From positions 13,757 through 77,756 of the IMG/VR virus record IMGVR_UViG_3300020139_000001: 64,000 nt of DNA; one strand, given 5' to 3'. The stretch is from a virus. Under the pieces are notes generated by a model, which was given only the letters and a program-made list of their open reading frames with translations, was not told the origin of the DNA and did no database searches. Shown one piece after another: positions 49,386 to 57,907 of the stretch (its first letter is position 1; each line of letters starts with the position of its first letter). A program made the translations under genes and the position numbers.

Positions 49386-50681
49386 ATGTCGGTATCAGTA
49401 GAGAAAATAGAAAATGCTTTGTCAAAAATAATGGTTTGGTTTCCAGAGTTCGCTGCCTTGATGTTGAAGTGGGAGATAATATCGCAAGAGGGTCTAGGGA
49501 CTCTGGCAACCAACTACGAGCTGCTCCTATACGATCCCAAGTTCGTACAGGAGCTGTCTCCCAACCAGCTAGCAACAGGCATCATCCACGAGGCGGTCCA
49601 TGATGCAATGTTGCACCCCACGCAGCTGACAGAAATCCAGATGAGTGGAAGGGACCCCAGTCTTTGGAGGGTAGCGGCAGAGGTCGTTACCAATGCCATA
49701 ACACTAGACCTCATTCGGAAAACCCCCTTCTCGTTCCCAGGCGGCTTTTACGACCCGATTCGGGGTGAACGGGTGAGCGGCGTAAGCAACGGTCCTTACG
49801 TATTCCTCTACGCCCCTGAGGGACACGACCATACTGTAGAGGAGGTCTACGAAATCCTCTACAAAAAATGGGGCTCGCGAGCCTCTCAGAGGGCAAGCGA
49901 ATGTTTGAACGCTAACAACGTCGCTTGTGTTAAAGACGTTTTAGCACCCAGCGGAAGATCTGAGTCTGGACAAAAAGAACGAGAGGAAACTGGAGGAGAC
50001 AAGGAGAAGGCTTCAGAAAGTTCTGGCGGAAGCCAAGGTAGTAGTTGGAGGGATAGCACAGAGAGCGTACGTATCGATGACGCTACCTCCGTATTGGCAG
50101 CTATCTCCCAACGTCTTGCGGGGAGGGTCCCCGTAGGCGTCGCTCGCCTATTGCAAAAACTAGTAAGAGGACGGATTCCTTGGCAAAGAATCCTTCGGAG
50201 GTTCGTAGCGGAGGTACAGCAAGGCATGGACGAACCAAGTTGGAGTAGTTATGACAAGAAGAGACAATCGGAGATATTGTTGCCTGGATTAATCGAGAGG
50301 GGGATAGATGAGTTAATCATTGCTATCGATACTTCCGGTTCGATCACTCAACGGGAACTACAAATGTTTCTGTCTGAAGTTGGTCGCCTATTGGCCACAT
50401 ACACTTTCCAAGTAAGGGTCTACACAGTAGACGCAGACGTCCAAGAACGTGTCACTGTGAAAAACCCCAGAGAACTAGTACACCGAATCAAACTCAAGGG
50501 GGGTGGGGGCACCAACTTCACGTCTCTGTTCCAAGAGGTGAGGCAGTGTAAGGCAATGATTTTCTTCACAGATGGGTATGCTACCTACCCTCCTACTTCC
50601 CCTAGGTACCCGGTGCTCTGGGTGTTAACCAAAGATCATCGGAGACCCCCCTTCGGAAGAGTAGCTTACATCGTGAAATAG
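49386..50681 (+). CDS. DUF2201-type metallopeptidase + vWA protein
   Basis: HEAVH, IDTSGS (MIDAS), GGGGTNF, FTDG. Confidence 0.9.
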   Translation: MSVSVEKIENALSKIMVWFPEFAALMLKWEIISQEGLGTLATNYELLLYDPKFVQELSPNQLATGIIHEAVHDAMLHPTQLTEIQMSGRDPSLWRVAAEVVTNAITLDLIRKTPFSFPGGFYDPIRGERVSGVSNGPYVFLYAPEGHDHTVEEVYEILYKKWGSRASQRASECLNANNVACVKDVLAPSGRSESGQKEREETGGDKEKASESSGGSQGSSWRDSTESVRIDDATSVLAAISQRLAGRVPVGVARLLQKLVRGRIPWQRILRRFVAEVQQGMDEPSWSSYDKKRQSEILLPGLIERGIDELIIAIDTSGSITQRELQMFLSEVGRLLATYTFQVRVYTVDADVQERVTVKNPRELVHRIKLKGGGGTNFTSLFQEVRQCKAMIFFTDGYATYPPTSPRYPVLWVLTKDHRRPPFGRVAYIVK

Positions 50682-50796
50682 AAGTAGTAGGTGTAGACTA
50701 TCCTTTCTCTTGCTCAGAGAAAGATGCATCAACTCACTAGAACACAGTACAGCAGATCTGCTATACTACAAACCAAAAAGAAAGGAGGTATAAAAC

Positions 50797-52056
50797 ATGT
50801 TAACAGATAGAAAAGCCATCGAAGAGTGGCTCATACAGATGAACATTAAGAACTACACCATCCGTAAGGAACTCACAGTGGATGTTAATGGGAGTGTAGA
50901 CCTATCGGAACGGAGGCTAGAGACGATACCTATACAATTTGGTATAGTTACGGGAAACTTTGACTGTTCCTGCAATAGTCTTACTACTCTCAGAGGAGCC
51001 CCTATTTATGTGGGAGGCAACTTCTACTGCGGAGGAAATCAACTCGTCACACTCAAAGGAGCTCCTGTTTATGTCGGGGGGGACTTCAATTGTTCCCATA
51101 ACATGTTGACATCGCTCAAAGGAGCTCCTCTCTATGTAGGAAGAGATTTCGTTTGCTCTTCCAACCTACTTATTACATTGGTAGGGGCTCCTATTTACGT
51201 AGGAGGAGACTTTCGCTGTCTGTACAACCAACTCACTTCGCTCGAAGGAGCTCCTGTTTATGTCGGAGGAGACTTTCGCTGTTTGCACAACCAACTCACT
51301 TCGCTCGAAGGAGCTCCTGTTTATGTCGGAGGAGACTTCAACTGTTACGATAATCAACTCGCTTCGCTCGAAGGGGCTCCTATCTACGTAGGTGGGCACT
51401 TCTACTGTACTGAAAACCAGCTCACTTCTCTAGAGGGGGCTCCACTCTATGTAGGTAAAGATTTTTGGTGCATCGGCAACCAACTTGTTTCATTAGAGGG
51501 TGCTCCTCTCTATGTAGGAGGAGATTTCGACTGCAGGGAAAACCCTCTTAAGTCTCTCAAAGGAGCTCCTCTCTATGTAGGAGGAGATTTCGTTTGCTCC
51601 CACAATAAACTCATTACACTAGAAGACGCTCCATCTCACGTCGGGAGAGATTTCAACTGCTCTTTCAACCAGCTTACCTCGTTAGTGGGAGCTCCATCTT
51701 ATGTAGGAGGAGATTTCGTTTGCTCCCACAATAAACTCATTACACTAGAAGACGCTCCATCTCACGTCGGGAGAGATTTCAACTGCTCTTTCAACCAGCT
51801 CACCTCGCTCAAGGGAGCTCCATCTTATGTAGGAAGAGATTTCGTTTGCTCCCACAACAAACTCATTACACTAGAAGACGCTCCATCTCACGTCGGGAGA
51901 GATTTCAACTGTAGGAGAAACCCGCTTAAGTCCTTCAAGGGAGCGCCTAAGCACATAGGAGGAAAGTTCCTATACAGCGCACGAGTATTTAAAACTCTCG
52001 AAACATTAGAAGAAGCACCTCCGTATGTTATCGAAAGTATTCTGAACCCTAGATAG
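50797..52056 (+). CDS. 22-aa LRR-like solenoid protein 1 (16 repeats)
   Basis: LxSLxGAPxxVGGxFxCxxNx repeats with N-cap and KFLY C-cap. Confidence 0.9.
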   Translation: MLTDRKAIEEWLIQMNIKNYTIRKELTVDVNGSVDLSERRLETIPIQFGIVTGNFDCSCNSLTTLRGAPIYVGGNFYCGGNQLVTLKGAPVYVGGDFNCSHNMLTSLKGAPLYVGRDFVCSSNLLITLVGAPIYVGGDFRCLYNQLTSLEGAPVYVGGDFRCLHNQLTSLEGAPVYVGGDFNCYDNQLASLEGAPIYVGGHFYCTENQLTSLEGAPLYVGKDFWCIGNQLVSLEGAPLYVGGDFDCRENPLKSLKGAPLYVGGDFVCSHNKLITLEDAPSHVGRDFNCSFNQLTSLVGAPSYVGGDFVCSHNKLITLEDAPSHVGRDFNCSFNQLTSLKGAPSYVGRDFVCSHNKLITLEDAPSHVGRDFNCRRNPLKSFKGAPKHIGGKFLYSARVFKTLETLEEAPPYVIESILNPR

Positions 52057-52090
52057 CAATAAAACTCATAATATTGAGGAAGAGAGGAGG

Positions 52091-53347
52091 ATGAACATGC
52101 TAACAGATAGAAAAGCCATCGAAGAGTGGCTCACTCAAGTAGGTATCACAAATTATACGATTAATGGTACTTTTAGAGTAAACGTTTACGGTGATGTAAA
52201 CCTCTCAAGAAAGGAACTAGATCAGTTACCTATACAATTTAGTATCGTCACAGGGTTCTTCGACTGTTCTCACAATAGACTTACTACTCTAGAAGGAGCT
52301 CCACTACTTGTTATGGGAAACTTTGACTGTGCCTTCAATCTACTTACTACTCTAGAAGGAGCTCCACTACTTGTTAGGGGAAACTTTTTGTGTGACAACA
52401 ATCAACTCACCTCTTTAGAAGGAGCTCCCAAATACGTAGAGGGGAGTTTCGACTGTTCCAACAATAGCCTTACTTCTCTAGAAGGGGCTCCCCTTTATGT
52501 AGGAAGCAATTTTTATTGCAGCCACAACAAGCTTATCACACTCGTGGGAACTCCACGTTATGTGGGGAAGAGTTTCTACTGCGAGCACAATCAACTCATC
52601 TCTTTAGAAGGAGCTCCCAAGTTCGTGAGGGGAAACTTCTACTGCTCTGAAAACCAGCTCACCTCGCTCAAGGGAGCTCCTTACTATGTAGAGGGAGACT
52701 TTGAGTGTTCGCTCAATAAACTCACCTCCTTAGAAGGAGCTCCACACTATGTAGGTGACAGCTTTTATTGTGGCCACAATCAGCTCACTACGCTCAAAGG
52801 AGCTCCACGCTACATAGGTGGGGATTTTGACTGTTCCCACAATCAACTCACTACGCTCAAAAGTGTTCCTCTATATGTGAGAGGAGACTTCGACTGCGAA
52901 CGCAATCAACTCACCACACTCGAGGGTGCTCCTTTCTACGTGGGAGGTAGTCTTTGGTGCAATCACAATCTACTTACTTCTCTGGAAGGAGCTCCGCTCT
53001 ATGTAGGAGGTAGCTTTCATTGTCTTTACAACAAACTCACTTCGCTCAAAGGGGCTCCCTCTTATGTAGGGGGTAGCTTCTGGTGTACACATAATCGACT
53101 TACTTCTCTAGAAGGAGCTCCCTTTTATGTTGGAAGAGATTTCAACTGCAGACTCAATTGCCTCACTTCTCTGGAAGGAGCTCCGCTCTATGTAGGAGGA
53201 GATTTCGACTGCAGGGAAAACCCTCTTAAGTCTCTCAAAGGAGCTCCCCTCTATATTGGGAGAAAGTTCCTCTACGATCCACGCACGCTCGAGTCATTAG
53301 AGGGAGCACCCCAGTGTATTATCGAAAGTATTTTGAATCCTAGATAA
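52091..53347 (+). CDS. 22-aa LRR-like solenoid protein 2 (16 repeats)
   Basis: Same repeat and caps. Confidence 0.9.
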   Translation: MNMLTDRKAIEEWLTQVGITNYTINGTFRVNVYGDVNLSRKELDQLPIQFSIVTGFFDCSHNRLTTLEGAPLLVMGNFDCAFNLLTTLEGAPLLVRGNFLCDNNQLTSLEGAPKYVEGSFDCSNNSLTSLEGAPLYVGSNFYCSHNKLITLVGTPRYVGKSFYCEHNQLISLEGAPKFVRGNFYCSENQLTSLKGAPYYVEGDFECSLNKLTSLEGAPHYVGDSFYCGHNQLTTLKGAPRYIGGDFDCSHNQLTTLKSVPLYVRGDFDCERNQLTTLEGAPFYVGGSLWCNHNLLTSLEGAPLYVGGSFHCLYNKLTSLKGAPSYVGGSFWCTHNRLTSLEGAPFYVGRDFNCRLNCLTSLEGAPLYVGGDFDCRENPLKSLKGAPLYIGRKFLYDPRTLESLEGAPQCIIESILNPR

Positions 53348-53392
53348 CAATAGAACTCACAAAACTAAGGGAAAGAAAGGAGGTGCACAACA

Positions 53393-54205
53393 ATGCTCAA
53401 AACAAGAAAAGATATTGAGGAATGGCTCGTACGAATGGATATCACTAATTATACAATCGATAGTGTTCTTGGGGTAGTGAACGTTGACGGCGATGTAGAC
53501 CTATCAGGAAAAGGGCTAGATCAACTGCCTATACAGTTCGGCATCGTCGCTGGAACTTTCGATTGCTCTTACAACAGACTCACTTCGCTTAAAGGAGTGC
53601 CGCGCTATGTAGAAGGAAGCTTTCGCTGTTCCTACAACGAGCTCACTAACTTAGAAGGTGCCCCCTACTATGTAGGCGGCACGTTCGACTGCGCACGCAA
53701 CCGGCTTACGACACTGAGGAGAGCTCCACTATGTATAGGAGGGAATTTCTATTGCTATGATAACCAACTTGTTTCATTAGAAGGAGCTCCTATGTTCGTA
53801 AAAGGAGACTTCACCTGCTCCAGTAACAAGCTCACCACCCTCGAGGGAGCTCCTCGTTATGTGGGAGGACACTTCTATTGCACCTATAACAAGTTGACTT
53901 CACTGCAGGGAGCTCCCAAGTTCGTAGGGGGAAACTTCTACTGCACTGAAAACCAGCTCACTTCCCTAGAGGGGGCTCCACTCTACGTAGGTGGGAACTT
54001 CTACTGCTACAGCAACACGCTCACGTCTCTCAAGGGAGCTCCTGTTTATGTCGGAGGAGACTTCAATTGCGAGGGGAACCTACTCAAGTCTCTCAAAGAT
54101 GCACCTAAACATGTGGGAGGTAAATTCCTCTACGACCAGCGATTGATCGAAACACTAGAAGGAGCACCTTCGTATGCTATCGAGAGCGTTCTGTATCCTA
54201 AGTAA
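53393..54205 (+). CDS. 22-aa LRR-like solenoid protein 3 (9 repeats)
   Basis: Same repeat and caps. Confidence 0.9.
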   Translation: MLKTRKDIEEWLVRMDITNYTIDSVLGVVNVDGDVDLSGKGLDQLPIQFGIVAGTFDCSYNRLTSLKGVPRYVEGSFRCSYNELTNLEGAPYYVGGTFDCARNRLTTLRRAPLCIGGNFYCYDNQLVSLEGAPMFVKGDFTCSSNKLTTLEGAPRYVGGHFYCTYNKLTSLQGAPKFVGGNFYCTENQLTSLEGAPLYVGGNFYCYSNTLTSLKGAPVYVGGDFNCEGNLLKSLKDAPKHVGGKFLYDQRLIETLEGAPSYAIESVLYPK

Positions 54206-54236
54206 GTACAACGCTTACAGAACGGAGGTGTAAAAT

Positions 54237-54908
54237 ATGTTAACAGATAGAAAAGCCATCGAAGAGTGGCTCACTCAGATGAACATTAAGAACTACACCA
54301 TCCGTAAGGACCTTACTGTAGATGTTAAAGGACGTGTAGACCTATCAGGAAAAGGACTAGATCAGCTGCCTATACGGTTCGGCATCGTCACTGGAACTTT
54401 CGATTGTTCTTACAACAAACTCACGTCGCTTAAAGGAGCGCCGTACTATGTAGAGGGAAGCTTTCGCTGTCTCAGTAATAGACTTACTACTTTAGAGGGA
54501 GCTCCACTTTGTGTAGGCGATACGTTTGATTGCGTACGCAACCAGCTTACGACACTGGAGGGAGCTCCACACCATGTAGGAGGGAATTTCTATTGTCACG
54601 ATAACCAACTCGTTTCACTAGAAGGAGCTCCTATGTTCGTAAGGGGAGACTTCACCTGCTCTAGCAATAAGCTCACCACCCTCGAGGGAGCTCCACACTA
54701 TGTAGGTAAAAACTTTTGGTGCACTCACAATCTACTTACTACTCTAGAAGGAGCTCCACTTTATGTAGGAGGAGATTTCGACTGCAGGGAAAACCCTCTT
54801 AAGTCTCTCAAAGGAGCTCCCCTCTATATTGGGAGAAAGTTCCTCTACGATCCACGCACGCTCGAGTCATTAGAGGGAGCACCCAGTGTGTTATCGAAAG
54901 TATCTTGA
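54237..54908 (+). CDS. 22-aa LRR-like solenoid protein 4 (7 repeats; C-cap frameshifted)
   Basis: Same repeat; 1-nt shorter C-run at 54882-54884 relative to gene 2. Confidence 0.88.
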   Translation: MLTDRKAIEEWLTQMNIKNYTIRKDLTVDVKGRVDLSGKGLDQLPIRFGIVTGTFDCSYNKLTSLKGAPYYVEGSFRCLSNRLTTLEGAPLCVGDTFDCVRNQLTTLEGAPHHVGGNFYCHDNQLVSLEGAPMFVRGDFTCSSNKLTTLEGAPHYVGKNFWCTHNLLTTLEGAPLYVGGDFDCRENPLKSLKGAPLYIGRKFLYDPRTLESLEGAPSVLSKVS

Positions 54909-54960
54909 ACCCTAAGTTAGTATAGAATCGTAAACTCAGAAAAGAAAGGGGACGTAGATA

Positions 54961-55650
54961 ATGCTCAAAACAAGAAGAGATATTGAGGAATGGCTTGCAC
55001 GAATGGACATTACGAATTACGTCCTACGTAGGGACCTTACTGTAGATGTTAATGGGAGTGTAGACCTATCGGAACGGAGGCTAGAGACGATACCTGTACA
55101 ATTTGGTATAGTTACGGGAAACTTTGACTGTGCCTTCAATCTACTTACTTCGCTCGAAGGAGCTCCTGTTTATGTGGGAGGAAGCTTCCTGTGTAGCTAT
55201 AACCGACTCCTTACTCTAGAAGGAGCTCCATCTTTTGTGGGAGGAGACTTTCGTTGTAGGTACAACCGCCTTACCTCTTTGAAAGGCTCTCCTCACTATA
55301 CTAGAGGAGACTTCGACTGCGAGCGCAACCAGCTTACTTCACTAATGGGGGCTCCTCGTTATGTCGGCGATGGATTTTACTGTGGATTCAATCTACTAAC
55401 GTCGTTAGTAGGTGCCCCTACTTATGTAGAAGGTAACTTCCACTGTCTCAGTAATAGACTTACTACTTTAGAGGGTGCTCCACTTTATGTAGGAGGAGAT
55501 TTCGACTGCAGGGAAAACCCTCTTAAGTCTCTCAAAGGAGCTCCCCTCTATATTGGGAGAAAGTTCCTCTACGACCCACGAACGCTCGAGACACTAAAGG
55601 AGGCGCCACCATACGTTGTTGAGAGTATTTTGAGCCCTGAGTTAGTATAG
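54961..55650 (+). CDS. 22-aa LRR-like solenoid protein 5 (7 repeats)
   Basis: Same repeat and caps. Confidence 0.9.
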   Translation: MLKTRRDIEEWLARMDITNYVLRRDLTVDVNGSVDLSERRLETIPVQFGIVTGNFDCAFNLLTSLEGAPVYVGGSFLCSYNRLLTLEGAPSFVGGDFRCRYNRLTSLKGSPHYTRGDFDCERNQLTSLMGAPRYVGDGFYCGFNLLTSLVGAPTYVEGNFHCLSNRLTTLEGAPLYVGGDFDCRENPLKSLKGAPLYIGRKFLYDPRTLETLKEAPPYVVESILSPELV

Positions 55651-55671
55651 AACCGTAAACTCAGAAAAGAA

Positions 55672-55800
55672 AGGAGGGAGATTTCAACTGCAGAGGGAAT
55701 CCTCTTAAGTCTCTCAAAGGAGCTCCTCTATATGTGAGAGGAAAGTTCTTATACGTCCACGGTCGTTTGGAACACTGGAAGAAGCTCTACCAAATGCTGC
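55672..55800 (+). pseudogene. Start-less remnant of a sixth LRR gene
   Basis: SD fused directly to GDFNCRGNPLKSLKGAPLYVRGKFLY; TLEEALP cap follows in another frame. Confidence 0.8.
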
Positions 55801-56044
55801 CACAATGCTTATGAAGACACCTCAAGATTCATCAAGAGGCTACAGAACGAACAAGCTTACGCTATGACTCCATACATAGAATTGCAACATTCGTTCATCT
55901 ACAAAAAATGTTAAAAATCGAGGCAGAACTCAGAAAAGTTTCGTTGTTTAAAACTGATTAAAACCAAATTACTCACTGATCGTTATCAAGCAACAGATTT
56001 CTTCCTCCTTTGGAGGAAACATACCAAATTTTGGAGGTTTTACT

Positions 56045-56524
56045 ATGATAGGCCCAGGTAAGTATAGGCTGACGAACGGGAAGTATTTCCTCAAAGTCGG
56101 TGTAGACTTCGCTATCGTTTATGGTAGCGAAAATCTCGTCGACAACGCAGAGCCTGAACACTACGCGGGTAAACTTGTAAGCGGACCTCCATCGGTAAAG
56201 GACGTAGACACGAGAGATGGAAGGGTAGTGGTCGCACACCTAACATCCCCTGCGGATGTGGAAGAGAGATGGACTTGTGACATCAGAAGCTATAGTGGAG
56301 ACAGAACTTGGAACAGCTGGGCAGAGTATACGTCTGCAGTATACTTAAGTGAGGAGTATAAGCACCTAAGCGCAAAGGGTACACCAATACTGCTCTACGC
56401 TCGACCTACTTCCAAGGGAGGCGGATGCTGGCTAGAGGTCAACATAGCCCCTTCTCGTCTCCTAACAGAGGATGGTAGAGTCGACACATCCAAGCTCACT
56501 TGGAGAGAAGAGGCTCTAGTCTAA
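56045..56524 (+). CDS. Hypothetical protein, paralog of 57455-57907
   Basis: GGAGGT SD; DRTWNSWAEY, SKGGGCWLEV..AP, RVDTSKLT. Confidence 0.75.
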   Translation: MIGPGKYRLTNGKYFLKVGVDFAIVYGSENLVDNAEPEHYAGKLVSGPPSVKDVDTRDGRVVVAHLTSPADVEERWTCDIRSYSGDRTWNSWAEYTSAVYLSEEYKHLSAKGTPILLYARPTSKGGGCWLEVNIAPSRLLTEDGRVDTSKLTWREEALV

Positions 56525-56642
56525 TGGGATCTCCGGGCCCGCGTACGAAGGACAAAAATAATAGTTCCTCAAAAAGTGGGAAACCACTAGTTTGGAAGGA
56601 ACAAAAGTTCCGAAGTACGAGGGCCCGGGTCTTATTTTTTTT
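56524..56642 (+). ncRNA. ~110-nt rod-like hairpin with GAAA tetraloop and T8 tail
   Basis: Nested CCGGGCCC/GGGCCCGG, CGTAC/GTACG, GTTCCT/AGGAAC, AGTGG-GAAA-CCACT. Confidence 0.55.
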
Positions 56643-56655
56643 GATAATAAAACTA

Positions 56656-56844
56656 TCATAGAAACATAGAACGCTATTAGCGTAAGCGTAGCTCTCGCGC
56701 TACGCTAGCCCAAAATCCGCAGACGACAGAACAAAACTTACGACCGAGTGATTGACCCCTCCGTTTCGGAGCAAGCTTGGTATTTGCTACTGCGGCTGAT
56801 TTCTACGTTCAATGTCCCTCAGGACATTGTTTGAGTTTTTATGA
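56656..56844 (+). ncRNA. ~190-nt multibranch structured RNA / leader
   Basis: Closing stem TCATAGAAAC/GTTTTTATGA enclosing several stems. Confidence 0.5.
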
Positions 56845-56864
56845 AACAACCTTGGAGGTGTTGA

Positions 56865-57212
56865 ATGAAAGTTAAAGCTGTTCTGAGAAGCTGTGTGGTA
56901 ACGAAGACATATGAGACTGAGGTACACGTGACAGTAGCCGAAGATCGTAAGCCCTTCGCTCTACTAGTTACAGTTGTAGAGTACGAGAGCCCAATGCACA
57001 CGGATACAGACTATAGCACTGAGTGGATGATGACTGCAGAACAGATAGAAGAGTTACAGAAACTTCTAGGAGATACTAACGAACTAGAGGGCCGAATCGT
57101 CCGGGCGGTGATGGATGCGTTGGAGAAAGCACACAATCCTGTAGACGATCTAGATGACGTAGTAATACTTGAAGAAGACGTTGGCGAGCAACATATCAGT
57201 ATACCCTCGTAG
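56865..57212 (+). CDS. Acidic hypothetical protein
   Basis: GGAGGTG SD; D/E-rich C-terminal half. Confidence 0.7.
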   Translation: MKVKAVLRSCVVTKTYETEVHVTVAEDRKPFALLVTVVEYESPMHTDTDYSTEWMMTAEQIEELQKLLGDTNELEGRIVRAVMDALEKAHNPVDDLDDVVILEEDVGEQHISIPS

Positions 57213-57454
57213 CAGGAAACCCCTTGGAGCAGTTAGTAGGGTAACTTCCAGAAACTGTGAGGCGTGTAGAGTTCTAGTTCTGTCTTCAGAATTTGAAGAG
57301 TGTCGTTACTCCTCCCGAGGCTGTGGGCGGTTGTTCAACACCAAAGAGTGACCACACATATTTCTTAATCGAAAGAGAGCAGTAAGTCCTCTACGAGGCA
57401 AAGAAGAGCCACCTTTGGTGGTGTAGCCCCGTAGAGGCATGCTAAGGAGGAAGT

Positions 57455-57907
57455 ATGTGGAAAAGAGGAATCTACAAAATCAACAAGGGGATGTTAGTGC
57501 GCCCCTCACCTCATGTGACCCTCGTGTTGATGGGAGCGCGAGAAGGTGATTGGGGAGGTGACTTAAGAATAAGATGTGGGAGACCTCCTAAAGTATACCA
57601 AAAGGAGGGAAAATGGATCATCAGGTGTAACACAGATGATACGGGAGGTTGGCTCGTAAGCGTACACACTAACATGAACGACAGATCATGGAATCGATGG
57701 TTGGAGTATGAGCGATTGGTAAAGGCTGCTCAAGAGTACAACCCTACTTGGTTCTTGTTTGCTGAGCAAATAAGTAGAGGAGGTGGTTGCTGGGCGGAAG
57801 TCACCTCCGCACCAGCTAGATATTTCCCTACTTGGAGGGGGATCATACAACCCCGAGTGGATACTTCTAAGCTAACGTACGAGGAGTCGGTTATAGAAGT
57901 ATTATAA
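57455..57907 (+). CDS. Hypothetical protein, paralog of 56045-56524
   Basis: AAGGAGG SD; DRSWNRWLEY, SRGGGCWAEV..AP, RVDTSKLT. Confidence 0.75.
   Translation: MWKRGIYKINKGMLVRPSPHVTLVLMGAREGDWGGDLRIRCGRPPKVYQKEGKWIIRCNTDDTGGWLVSVHTNMNDRSWNRWLEYERLVKAAQEYNPTWFLFAEQISRGGGCWAEVTSAPARYFPTWRGIIQPRVDTSKLTYEESVIEVL

Larger units (their letters stand above)
50950..55760 (+). repeat. 66-bp coding repeat family, ~55 units across the LRR genes
   Basis: Recurrent (GAA)GGAGCTCC core; identical blocks shared between genes. Confidence 0.9.

Noticed and set aside
50797-55800. Diversity-generating retroelement or CRISPR array explaining the 66-bp repeats
   Set aside because: No reverse transcriptase in the window, variation is not visibly adenine-restricted, and the repeats are in-frame coding units without unique spacers.
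56712-56795. Group I intron Q-like AATCCGCAG
   Set aside because: Its complement lies downstream (wrong order) and no P7 was found.
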